Positions 47,676 through 60,050 of a stretch of 64,000 nucleotides of DNA are shown here, in pieces. The stretch is from NCBI RefSeq assembly GCF_032444005.1, contig NC_091282.1, positions 247,690,001-247,754,000 on the forward strand, given 5' to 3'. Under the pieces are notes generated by a model. It saw only the letters and a list, made by a program, of their open reading frames with translations, was not told where the DNA came from and did no database searches. Position 1 is the stretch's first letter. Each line of letters starts with the position of its first letter. The position numbers were made by a program, and so were the translations under genes. The stretch is from Ranitomeya imitator. Lineage: Eukaryota.

Positions 47676-47723
47676 AAGCCCGATGTTTAGTAATAAATAT
47701 AATAAAATGTTAATAAAGAGTTA

Positions 47724-47918
47724 GGCCGGGATCACACATACGAGAAACTCGCACGAGTCTCGCACCTCAATACCTGGCACTGCCGCCGGCACTCAGGACC
47801 AGAGCGTGCGGCTGCATGTATTTCTGTGTAGCTGAACGCTCCGGTCCGAGTGCCAGCGGCAGTGTCGGGTATTGAGGCAAGAGACTCATGTGAGTTTCTC
47901 GCAAGGATGACTCCGGCC
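47724..47918. mobile_element. Harbinger-like MITE, GGCCGG family
   Basis: TTA duplication; GGCCGGGATCAC...TGACTCCGGCC termini. A partial relative lies at ~55832-55930. Confidence 0.75.
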
Positions 47919-49121
47919 TTAAAAGCAATATCTGCTAATTTAAAAAAAAAAATGGCGTGGGCTCCCGTGCAATTTTCTGCGCCAGAGAGGGAAAGCCAAT
48001 GACTGGGGTACTGATGTTTGTAGCCTGGGAAGGGGTTAATACTCATGGATCTACCCAGGCTATGAATATCAGCCCGCAGCTGTATATTTAGGCTTTACTG
48101 GCTATAAAAATAGGGGGACCCCCCCCCCCAAAACAAAATGACGTGTGGTCCCCCTATAATTTATAGCCAGAAAGGCTACGCAGACCGCTCCGGGCTGATA
48201 TTCATATTGGCCACCGCCCCCCACTCTCCCCGGCTACAAATACCAGCCGCCCCAGAAATGGCACTCAATCTATGCAATGCCCTCGTCTCTTGGAAAAAAA
48301 GAAAAATAATAAATCAACAGTATACTCCCTGCGTCCGACGTAGTCCTTAATAACGAGTGTCCCACGATGAGTCCAGCTCTGCTACATCTGGATGCCTGAC
48401 ATCCAGACATGGCAGCTCTTGTAAATGATCGCTGGAGATAACTCTCCAGCGATCACCTACACTGCAGCATTCTTCCAATCAGATGATCAGCTGTGAGAAC
48501 CGGACTAGTGACCGGAGATAACTCCGTGTCACGTGCATGGCAGTTCTCATGGTAAGCCAAGTTATCGTGAGAAATTAGCTTACCGCGAGAACTGCAGTGG
48601 ACACGGGACTTCCGGCAGCGGGACAAGTAAGAGCTTATTTAAATTAGGAGACCTGCATAGTAAGCTGCCTTCACGCAGTTACTACGCATGTGACTAATCA
48701 TTAGATGCGATTTTACCGCATCTAATGATTATCTATGGGAAATTTACAGTGAGTCGCCGCAGTGTAAACAGACGTGCTGTGTTCTGAAAAGATGCGCCGC
48801 ATGTCTGTTTACGCGGGTCTGCCGCATGCGTATTTTAACGCATAGTGGAGACAGGATTTCATGAAATCCCCTTCTCTATGATGTAACATCTGGACGTTGC
48901 GTGTTTGATGCTGCGGCTCTACGCAGCGTCAAACACGCAGCGTTCCTTGACCGTGGAAACACACCCCAAGTGTTCAGACCACAGCAACGGGATGTTTTCA
49001 GGCTCTCTCCTGTCACCACTTGCCGCTGATCACTGCATGAACAATGACGGGGAAATTGTAGCTATGCACACAGCGCAGGGTTCCACCTACAGTTGTGAAC
49101 TGGACAGCCCAAGGGGTGTGC

Positions 49122-49909
49122 TGTTATGACCTGGTAGTTAGGAGCACCCGACCTGATAGTTAAACTCATACAGGACGAGCTCTGGGATGTGGGAGCTCTG
49201 CTGACCGCAAGCCCTAATCCTATTACACACAAAAAAATAGCCGTTGAGCGCTCCTGACGCTCCCTAGGCGCCTCGTCACAGCCTCAGAGCTAGCTAGCCC
49301 TAGAGATAGAAAATAAAGCCTACCTTGCCTCAGAGAAATTCCCCAAAGGAATAGGCAGCCCCCCACATATAATGACTGTGAGAAAAGATGAAAGTCACAA
49401 ACGCAGAAATGAAATAGGTTTCAGCAAAGAGAGGCCAGACTTACTAAATAGACAGAGGATAGGAAAGGAATCTTTGCGGTCAGCACAAAAACCTACAAAA
49501 GACCACGCAGAGTGTGCAAAAAAGACCTCCGCACCGACTCACGGTGCGGGGGGGGCCACTCTGCATCCCAGAGCTTCCAGCTAGCAAGACAAAATCAGGA
49601 TAACCAGCTGGACAACGAAACAATGAGCAAAAATAACAATAAGGAACTTAGCTTCTGCAGGAGAAGACAGGTCACCAGGCAGATCCAGGAGCGAACTGAA
49701 CCAATGCTAAAACATTGACAGCTGGCATGGAGTAACGATCTGAGTGGAGTTAAATAGAGAAGCCAACCAAAGGATAAACCACGTCACCTGTGTAAGGAAC
49801 CTCAGAAGCAGCAGCTTCACTCATAGCCACCAGAGGGAGCCCATAGACAGAACTCGCCGAAGTACCATTCACGACCACAGGAGGGAGTTCGACAACAGAA
49901 TTCACAACA
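49122..49909 (-). repeat. 3' LTR of the chromovirus
   Basis: Direct repeat of 54102-54888 with about 11 substitutions and 2 indels by hand count. Confidence 0.97.
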
Positions 49910-49929
49910 GTACCCCCCCCCCCTTGAGG

Positions 49930-52900
49930 AGGGGTCACCGAACCCTCACCAGAGCCCCCAGGCCGATCAGGATGAGCCAAATGAAAGGCACGAACAAGAT
50001 CGGCAGCATGAACATCAGAGGCAAAAACCTAGGAATTATCTTCTTGACCATAACCCTTCCACTTGACCAGGTACTGGAGTTTCCGTTTCGAAACACGAGA
50101 ATCCAAAATCTTCACCACATACTCCAACTCCCCCTCGACCAACACCGGGGCAGGAGGATCAACGGAGGGAACCATAGGCGCCACATATCTCCGCAACAAC
50201 GACCTATGGAACACATTATGGATGGCAAAAGAAGCTGGAAGGTCCAAACGAAATGACACAGGATTAAGAACCTCAGAAATCTTATATGGTCCAATGAAAC
50301 GAGGCTTAAACTTAGGAGAGGAAACCTTCATAGGAACGTGACGAGATGACAACCAAACCAAATCCCCAACACGAAGTCGGGGACCAACACAACGCCGGCG
50401 GTTAGCGAAACGTTGAGCCTTCTCCTGGGACAATGTCAAATTGTCCACCACATGAGTCCAAATCTGCTGCAACCTGTCCACCACCGCATCCACACGAGGA
50501 CAGTCCGAAGGCTCAACCTGCCCTGAAGAGAAACGAGGATGGAAACCAGAATTGCAGAAAAAAGGAGAAACTAAAGTAGCCAAGCTGGCCCGATTATTAA
50601 GGGCGAACTCAGCCAAAGGCAAGAAGGACACCCAATCATCCTGATCAGCAGAAACAAAGCATCTCAGATATGTCTCCAAAGTCTGATTAGTTCGTTCGGT
50701 TTGGCCATTAGTCTGAGGATGGAAAGCCGAAGAAAAAGACAAATTAATGCCCATCTTAGCGCAAAAGGACCGCCAAAACCTCGAAACAAACTGGGAACCT
50801 CTGTCCGAGACTATGTTCTCCGGAATGCCATGCAAACGAACCACATGCTGGAAAAACAATGGCACCAAATCAGAGGAGGAAGGCAGTTTAGATAAGGGTA
50901 CCAAATGGATCATCTTAGAGAAGCGATCATAAACCACCCAAATGACCGACATCTTTTGAGAAACAGGGAGATCAGAAATAAAATCCATGGAAATATGCGT
51001 CCAGGGCCTCTTCGGAATCGGCAAGGGCAAAAGCAACCCACTGGCACGAGAACAGCAGGGTTTAGCCCGAGCACAAATCCCACAGGACTGCACAAAAGAA
51101 CGCACATCCCGTGACAAAGAAGGCCACCAAAAAGATCTAGCCACCAAATCTCTGGTACCAAAGATTCCAGGATGACCAGCCAATACTGAACAATGAATCT
51201 CCGAGATAACTCTACCAGTCCATGTATCAGGGACAAACAGTTTCTCCGTAGGACAACGGTCAGGTCTATCAGCCTGAAACTTTTGCAGCACACGCCGCAA
51301 ATCAGGGGAAATGGCAGACAAAATTACCCCTTCTTTAAGAATACCCGCCGGCTCCGGATCACCCGGAGAGTCAGGCACAAAACTCCTTGACAGGGCATCA
51401 GCCTTCACATTCTTAGATCCCGGAAGGTATGAAACCACAAAATCAAAACGGGAGAAAAAGAGCGACCATCGAGCCTGTCTAGGATTCAACCGTTTGGCAG
51501 ACTCGAGATAAGTCAAATTCTTGTGATCCGTCAAGACCACCACGCGATGTTTAGCTCCTTCAAGCCAATGTCGCCACTCCTCGAATGCCCACTTCATGGC
51601 CAACAACTCCCGATTGCCCACATCATAATTGCGCTCAGCAGGCGAGAATTTTCTAGAAAAGAAGGCACAGGGTTTCATCACCGAGCCATCAGAACTTCTT
51701 TGCGACAAAACAGCCCCTGCTCCAATTTCAGAAGCATCAACCTCCACCTGAAAAGGGAGCCAAACATCTGGCTGGCACAACACAGGGGCAGAAGCAAAAC
51801 GACGCTTCAACTCCTGAAAAGCCGCTACAGCCGCAGAGGACCAATTGACCACATCAGCACCTTTCTGGGTCAAATCAGTCAACGGTTTAGCAATACTGGA
51901 AAAGTTAGCGATGAAGCGATGATAAAAATTAGCAAAGCCCAGGAACTTCTGCAAGCTCTTCACAGATGTCAGCTGAGTCCAATCGTAAATAGCCTGAACT
52001 TTAACAGGGTCCATCTCGATAGTAGAAGGGGAAAAAATGAAACCCAAAAATGAAACCTTCTGAACTCCAAAGAGACACTTTGACCCCTTCACAAACAAGG
52101 AATTCGCACGAAGGACCTGGAACACCATTCTGACCTGCTTCACATGAGACTCCCAATCATCCGAAAAGACCAAAATGTCATCCAAATATACAATCATAAA
52201 TCTATCCAAGTACTCTCGGAAGATGTCATGCATAAAGGACTGAAACACAGATGGAGCATTAGAAAGCCCGAATGGCATAACCAGGTACTCAAAATGGCCC
52301 TCGGGCGTATTAAATGCTGTTTTCCATTCATCACCCTGTTTAATTCGCACAAGATTATACGCCCCTCGAAGATCTATCTTGGTGAACCAACTAGCTCCCT
52401 TAATCCGAGCAAATAAATCAGACAGCAGCGGCAAAGGATACTGAAATTTGACTGTGATCTTATTAAGAAGGCGGTAATCAATACAAGGTCTCAAAGAACC
52501 ATCCTTCTTGGCCACAAAAAAGAACCCTGCTCCCAATGGTGACGACGACGGACGAATATGACCCTTCTCCAAGGATTCCTTTATATAACTCCGCATAGCG
52601 GCGTGCTCTGGCACAGATAAATTAAACAGACGGCCCTTAGGAAACTTACTACCAAGAATCAAACTAATAGCACAGTCGCAATCCCTATGAGGATAGGGCA
52701 CCAGACTTGGGCTCTTCAAATACATCCCGGTAATCTGATAAAAACTCAGGGACTTCAGAAGGAGTGGAAGGCGAAATTGACTGCAATGGAACATCACCAT
52801 GTACCCCCTGACAACCCCAGCTTGACACAGACATATATTTCCAATCCAATACTGGATTATGGACCTGTAGCCATGGCAACCCCAAAACGACCACATCATG

Positions 52901-53161
52901 CAGATTATGCAACACCAAAAAGCGAATATCCTCCTGATGTGCAGGAGCCATGCACATGGTCAATTGAGTCCAGTACTGAGGCTTATTCTTGGCCAAAGGC
53001 GTAGCATCAATTCCTCTCAATGGAATAGGATACTGCAAGGGCTCCAAGAAAAAACCACAGCGCCTGGCAAACTCCAAGTCCATCAAATTCAGGGCAGCGC
53101 CTGAATCCACAAATGCCATTACAGAATAGGACGACAGAGAGCAAATCAGAGTAACTGACAA
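49930..53161 (-). pseudogene. pol: Chromovirus pol: protease, RT, RNase H, integrase, chromodomain
   Basis: FVDSGA protease (52685-53161); 956-aa ORF 50029-52899 with YLDDIL, VDASE, HPQTNGQTE, GPY and YLVKWKGY. Frameshift near 52690 and a TGG>TAG stop at 50029-50031 inside the chromodomain. Confidence 0.95.
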
Positions 53162-53199
53162 AAGAAATTTAGACTGTACCGTACCAATGGTGGCAGACC

Positions 53200-54000
53200 T
53201 AGCGAACCGCTTAGTGCGCTTAGGACAATTGGAGATAGCATGAGTGGATTAACCACAGTAAAAACAGCCCATTCCGACGTCTGTGTTCTTGCCGTTCAGC
53301 TCTAGTCAAAGTCCTATCACATTGCATAGGCTCAGGCCTATGCTCAGAATACCGCCAGATGGTGCACAGCTTTGCGCTCACGCATGCGCCGATCGATCTG
53401 AATGGCCAAGGACATAGACTCATTCAGACCAGCAGGCGTGGGAAATCCCACCATGACATCCTTAATGGCTTCAGAAAGACCCTTTCTGAAAATTGCCGCC
53501 AGGGCACATTCATTCCACTGAGTAAGCACAGACCACTTTCTAAACTTCTGACTGTACACCTCCGCTTCATCTTGACCCTGACACAAAGCCAGCAAGATTT
53601 TCTCTGCCTGATCCACTGAATTTGGTTCATCATAAAGCAATCCAAGCGCCAGAAAAAAACGCATCTACATCTCGCAATGCAGGATCTCCTGGCGCAAGGG
53701 AAAATGCCCAGTCTTGAGGGTCACCACGCAACAAAGAAATTATGATTTTTACTTGTTGAACGGGGTCACCAGAGGAGCGGGGTTTCAAAGCTAGAAACAG
53801 TTTACAATTATTTTTGAAATTCAAGAATCTAGATCTATCCCCAGAAAATAAATCAGGAATAGGAATTCTAGGCTCTAACATAGGATTCTGAACCACAAAA
53901 TCTTGAATGTTTTGTACCCTTGCAGTGAGATGATCCACACAAGAGGATATACCCTGAATGTCCATCTCTACACCTGTGTCCTGAACCACCCAAAGGTCTA
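53200..54000 (-). pseudogene. gag: Chromovirus gag (sushi/Mart-like), frameshifted
   Basis: PIPDLFSGDRSRF...LRGDPQDWA (53630-54079 frame) and QGQDEAEVYSQKFRKW (53344-53664 frame); decayed CCHC knuckle near 53220-53280. Confidence 0.88.
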
Positions 54001-54101
54001 GGGGAAAAGAAAGACAAAACACAGTGCAAAGAAAAAAAAATGGTCTCAGAAGTCCTCTTATCCCTCTATTGAGATGCATTAATACTTTGGGCCAGCTGTA
54101 C

Positions 54102-54888
54102 TGTTATGACCTGGTGGTTGGGAGCACCCGACCTGATAGTTAAACTCATACAGGACGAGCTCTGGGATGTGGGAGCTCTGCTGACCGCAAGCCCTAATCC
54201 TATCACACACAAAAAAATAGCCGTGGAGCGCTCCTGACGCTCCCTAGGCGCCTCGTCACAGCCTCAGAGCTAGCTAGCCCTAGAGATAGAAAATAAAGCC
54301 TACCTTGCCTCAGAGAAATTCCCCAAAGAAATAGGCAGCCCCCCACATATAATGACTGTGAGAAAAGATGAAAGTCACAGACGCAGAAATGAAATAGGTT
54401 TCAGCAAAGAGAGGCCAGACTTACTAAATAGAGGATAGGAAAGGAATCTTTGTGGTCAGCACAAAAACCTACAAAAGACCACGCAGAGTGTGCAAAAAAG
54501 ACCTCCGCACCGACTCACGGTGCGGGGGGGGGGGCCACTCTGCATCCCAGAGCTTCCAGCTAGCAAGACAAAATCAGGATAACCAGCTGGACAACGAAAC
54601 AATAAGCAAAAATAACAATAAGGAACTTGGCTTCTGCAGGAGAAGACAGGTCACCAGGCAGATCCAGGAGCGAACTGAACCAATGCTAAAACATTGACAG
54701 CTGGCATGGAGTAACGATCTGAGTGGAGTTAAATAGAGAAGCCAACCAAAGGATAAACCACGTCACCTGTGTAAGGAACCTCAGAAGCAGCAGCTTCACT
54801 CATAGTCACCAGAGGGAGCCCATAGACAGAACTCGCCGAAGTACCATTCACGACCACGGGAGGGAGTTCGACAACAGAATTCACAACA
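54102..54888 (-). repeat. 5' LTR of the chromovirus
   Basis: Direct repeat of 49122-49909; TATTTAA on the - strand at 54735-54729. Confidence 0.97.
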
Positions 54889-57800
54889 GTGTGCCTAGTT
54901 CTCAACTGAGGCTGTCACAGTATAGCAGATAGGGTCGGACACAGAAGTAGTCTCTTATAGCCTGGGGCTGCCTTAGTTACTGTGTGTAATGCCACGCATT
55001 TACACAACAGCAAATAAGAATGGCAGCCCTCAGCGGCTCAGTTAGGAAGTTATAAAAAAAAAACACTTGACGCCATTTAATTTTATGCATTTATATATCA
55101 ACCTTTAAACATAAAGTCCAAATTACCTTTAAATCTACATTGCTATAAACATCATGGAAGAAATGTTATTCCCTCTTTGCGGCTCTTGAGCACATTTGTA
55201 ATCTATTGAAGCGCTGTGGTCGCCAGCCTTGTGGTTCTCCAACAGTTGCTGAACTGTAACTGGAATTTGTAATTATTTTCTAGGTTCTGATTATGTGGCT
55301 TGAAAAAATGGTCTGTCAATCACACTCTGAAAGGGTGGGGGAGTATTCTGAGCTCATCAATATGCCAGCTTTAAGGCCTTTGTGTCCTCAAGGCATGGTG
55401 TTCTTGGTTGCCAACTTATTAGCATATCGGGCACAAACATTCTACAACTGTACTCTTGAGATATCCTTGATTATTTTAGAAAACTAAGTCAACCTTAACC
55501 TCTGTTTATGTAACTGGTCGATAGTGGCGTTCGTGATCCTTTAACGAGGCTTTTGCTGCTCGCCGCTCTTCCAAAAGCCATGCTGGCAGTTTATGGATTC
55601 TGTCCATTTTTTAACATTGTCATTTCAACAATATTTTTATTTTCTATTAGATAAAGGTCCAGTATAATGTCTGTTTCTTTTGGGCTCATACTTTGCTTTA
55701 ATTATTATTTAGACAATGAAATATACCTAAATACCTTTGATCATTTTGTATTTTAGTATTAGATTTATAAGTTTTACTCATAGAAGCAATTACACAGGGC
55801 GTTGTCTTATATAGAGGTGTCGTTGTGTTAGGCCGGTGTCACACTTACAACTGCAATGCGAGAAACTCGCACTAAATACCCGACAATACCGCCAGCACTC
55901 GGGACTGGAGCGTTCAGCTGCATAGAAATATAGGACAAAAATACGTTTTCTGGAGGGCACCACAAAATGCATACGGGGATACACCTGAGGTCAATAAGAA
56001 ACAATCATAATTATGCATAGAAAAAGCTAAAGACCACAACAGGGATCACCACAAAATACAAAAAGGTTTTATTGAATACACAGCAGACAAATACCAATAA
56101 AAACATTTAAAAAGTCATAGACATGACATATGAACTACCCAAACGGCTTGTGATAGAGCCTAAGGACGTCCCTCAACAGGCCATGGTATATAAATATAAC
56201 AGAGATATTTACCAAGATATCAGTGCGTATCATGCAGAATGCACTATCCCATAAGACTAATATTGCACATTCAAAAGTGAAAATGCAGAAAATCATTTAG
56301 AAAAACAGTGATAGAATACTGCCTAAATCTCCTGTGTGTACAACCCATTCCCGATTCATATTCAAAGAGGTTGTGTCCAAGCTGCCTAAATCAGACCTTA
56401 CAGGACGAGGCTGCGGTTACAACCACTAATATCAGGGCCATAATTAGGCAGGAGATCCAATCTCTGGGATCAAAAAGCCTAAAAAAACAAGAAAGCAAAA
56501 GCTTTTCCCCCGTCTCCAGTTCAGAGTTTGAGATGGGCTTAATCCGTTCCTCCAGTACCTCAGGATCATCATCCAGTTCTTCTGAGGATGAGGGCGGAGC
56601 ATGCTTTCCAGTTGACAGCATAGACAATCTTATAAAATCCGTGAGAAACACTATAAGTTGTCCAGACACTAAGGGGGTCAGATAAGCACAGGATATTATG
56701 TTTGCAGGCCTAGGCCACAAAAAACGGCGAGCTTTCCCAGTCATTTCCGCCATCAAAGACCTTGTAAAAAAAAAGAATGGGACAAACAAGGTAAGGGGTT
56801 TCTCCAATCCTCTTCCAAAAGGCGTTACCCCTTCAGTGATGAAGAGTTAGCAGCGTGGTCCAAGGTCCCAAAAGTGGATGCGGCTGTGGCATCCACCTCA
56901 AAACAGTCATCTCTCCCTGTTGAAGATGCAGGAATCTTACTAGACCCATTAGACCGTAAAACCGAAGCTCTTCTTAATCCCATATGACGTACTATCCCAT
57001 CAAGGTGCCCTGGGACTCAATTCCCAGTGACAGGATAGTACGTCATATGCGATCGGCCGCGCTCACGGGGGGAGCGCAGCCGATCGCGGTCGGGTGTCAG
57101 CTGCCTATTGCAGCTGACATCCGGCACTATGTGCCAGGAGCGGTCACGGACCGCTCCCGGCACATTACCCCCCGGCACACCGCGATCAAACATGATCGCG
57201 GTGTGCCGGCGGTGCAGGGAAGCATCACGCAGGGAGGGGGCTCCCTGCGGGCTTCCCCGAGACCCCCACAGCAACGCAATGTGATCGCGTTGCTGCGAGG
57301 GTCTCCTACCTTCCTCCCTGCAGCAAGGCCCGGATCCAAAATGGCCGCGGCATCCGGGTCCTGCAGGGAGGGAGGTGGCTTACCAAGTGCCTGCTCAGAG
57401 CAGGCGCTTGGTAAGCCTGCACTGCTGTAAGTCAGATCGGTGATCTGACAGAGTGCTGTGCAAACTGTCAGATCAGCAATCTGTGATGTCCCTCCCCCCC
57501 CCCCCCCTCCCCGGGACAGAGTAAAAAAGTTAAAAAAAAAATTTCCACATGTGTAAAAAAAAAAATAGAAAGAAAAAATTCCTAAATAAAGAAAAAAACT
57601 GAATCCCATAAATACATTTCTTTATCTAAATAAAAAAAAACAATAAAAGTACACATATTTAGTATCGCCACGTCCGTAACGACCCCACCTATAAAACTGT
57701 CCCACTAGTTAACCCCTTCAGTAAACACCGGAAGAAAAAAAAAGAGGCAAAAAACAACGCTTTATTATCATACCGCCGAACAAAAAGTGGAATAACACGC

Positions 57801-58446
57801 GATCAAAAAGACGGATATAAATGACCATGGTACCGCTGAAAACGTCATCTTGTCCCGCAAAAAACGAGCCGCCATACAGCATCATCAGCAAAAAAAAAAA
57901 GTTATAGTCCTGAGAATAAAGCGATGTCAAAATAATTATTTTTTCTATAAAATAGTTTTTATCGTATAAAAGCGCCAAAACATACAAAAATGATATAAAT
58001 GAGGTATCACTGTAAACGTACTGACCCGAAGAATAAAACTGCTTTATCAATTTTACCAAACGCAGAACGGTATAAACGCCTCCCCCAAAAGAAATTCATG
58101 AATAGCTGGTTTTTGGTCATTCTGCCTCAGAAAAATCGGAATAAAAAGCGATCAAAAAATGTCACATGCCCGAAAATGTTACCAATAAAAACGTCAACTC
58201 GTCCCGCAAAAAACAAGACCTCACATGACTCTGTGGACCAAAATGTGGAAAAATTATAGCTCTCAAAATGTGGTAACGCAAAAAATATTTTTTGCAATAA
58301 AAAGCGTCTTTCAGTGTGTGACGGCTGCCAATCATAACAATCCGCTAAAAAACCCGCTATAAAAGTAAATCAAACCCCCCTTCATCACCCCCTTAGTTAG
58401 GGAAAAATAATAAAATAAAAAAAATGTGTTTATTTCCATTTTCCCG

Positions 58447-58720
58447 TTAGGGTTAGGGTTGGGGCTAGGGTTTGAGCTAAAGTCTGGGTTAGGGTTGGGG
58501 CTAAAGTTAGGGTTAGGGTTGTAGCTAAGGTTAGGGTTGGGGCTAAAGTTAGGGTTAGGGTTGGGACTAAAGTTAGGATTTGGATTACCTTTACGGTTGG
58601 GATTAGGGTTTGGATCAGGGTTAGGGGTGTGGTTAGGGGTACTGTTGGGATTAGGGTTAGGGGTGTGTTTGGATTAGGGTTTGGGGTGTGTTTGGATTAG
58701 GGTTTCAGTTAGAATTGGGG
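58447..58720 (+). repeat. Degenerate TTAGGG-like repeat inside the piggyBac-like element
   Basis: GTTAGGGTTAGGGTTGGGGCTAAA-type units. Confidence 0.85.
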
Positions 58721-58729
58721 GTTTCCATT

Positions 58730-60050
58730 GTTTACGCACATCAGGGGCTCTCCAAACGCAACATGGCGTTCGATCTCAATTCCAGCCAATTCTGGTTGTA
58801 AAAGTAAAACAGTGCTACTTCCCTTCTGAGCTCTCCCGTGTGCCCAAACAGGGGTTTACCCCAACATATGGGTTATCAGCGCACTCGGGACAAATTGGAC
58901 AACAACTTTTGGGGTCCAACTTCTCTTGTTACCCTTGGAAAAATAAAAATTTGGGGGGCTAAAAATCATTTTTGTGGGAAAAAAGATTTTTTATTTTCAC
59001 AGCTTTGCGCTGTAAACTGTAGTGAAACACTTGGGGGTTCAAAGTTCTAACAACACAACTAGAAAAGTTCCTTGGGAGGTCTAGTTTCCAATATGGGGTC
59101 ACTTGTGGGGGGTTTCTACTATTTGGGTACATCAGGGGTTCTGCAAATGCAACGTGACGCCTGCAGACCAATCCATCTAAGTCTGCATTCCAAATGGCGC
59201 TCCTTCCGAGCTCTGCCATGCGCCCAAACAGTGGTTCCCCCCCCCCCACATATGGGGTATCAGCGTACTCCGCACAAATTGGACAACAACTTTTGGGGTC
59301 CAATTTATCCTGTTACCCTTGTGAAAATACAAAACTGGGGGCTAAAAAATCATTTTTGTGAAAAAAAAAAAGAATTTTTATTTTCACAGCTCTGCGTTAT
59401 AAACTGTAGTGAAACACTTGGGGGTTCAAAGCTCTCAAAACACATCTAGATAAGTTCCTTAGGGGATCTACTTTCCTAAATGGTGTCACTTGTGGGGGGT
59501 TTTAATGTTTAGGCACATCAGGGGCTCTCCAAACGCGACATGGTGTACCATCTCAATTCCAGTCAATTTTGCATTGAAAAGTCAAATGGCACTCCTTCCC
59601 TTCCGAGCTCTGCTATGCGCCCAAACAGTGGTTTATCCCCACATATGGGGTATCGGCGTACTCAGGACAAATTGCACAACAACTTTTGTGGCCGAATTTC
59701 TTCTCTTACCCTTGGGAAAATAAAAAATTGGGGGCAAAAGATCATTTTTGTGAAAAAATATGATTTTTTATTTTTACGGCTCTGCATTATAAACTTCTGT
59801 GAAGCACTTGTTTGGTCAAAGTGCTCACCACACATCTAGATAAGTTCGTTAGGGGGTCTACTTTCCAAAATGGTGTCACTTGTGGGGGGTTTCAATGTTT
59901 AGGCACATCAGGGGCTCTCCAAACGTGACGTGGCGTCCCATCTCAATTCCAGTCAATTTTGCAAGTCAAATGGCGCTCCTTCCCTTCCGAGCTCTGCCAT
60001 GCGCCCAAACAGTGGTTTATCCCCACATATGGGGTATCAGCGTACCCTTG
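58730..60050. repeat. ~390-bp tandem repeat (about 3.5 units)
   Basis: G(C/T)ACATCAGGGG anchor at 58736, 59127, 59513 and 59903. Confidence 0.88.

Larger units (their letters stand above)
46562..48966. mobile_element. Non-autonomous Harbinger-like element (~2.4 kb) containing nested insertions
   Basis: GGGTATGTTTCCACGGTCAGGA and TCCTTGACCGTGGAAACACACCC inverted termini; left flank TTA, right flank CAA (imperfect). Confidence 0.6.
49122..54888 (-). mobile_element. Full-length Tf1/sushi-group chromovirus (Ty3/gypsy) LTR retrotransposon
   Basis: Two ~788-bp TG...CA LTRs, polypurine tract at 49910-49928, gag-pol with chromodomain, and GTGTGC on both flanks. Confidence 0.97.

Noticed and set aside
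50029-53161. Domesticated sushi-derived gene (PEG10/RTL1-like)
   Set aside because: Flanked by two near-identical LTRs with a target duplication and carrying inactivating lesions; an ordinary recent insertion.
49744-53619. Numerous + strand ORFs over the chromovirus
   Set aside because: Antisense shadows of gag-pol or LTR sequence; no independent motifs.
58447-58720. True telomere or chromosome-fusion scar
   Set aside because: Highly degenerate, single orientation, and enclosed within a TTAA-flanked transposon.
58730-60050. CRISPR-like array
   Set aside because: Whole 390-bp units repeat with no unique spacers; eukaryotic context and no cas genes.
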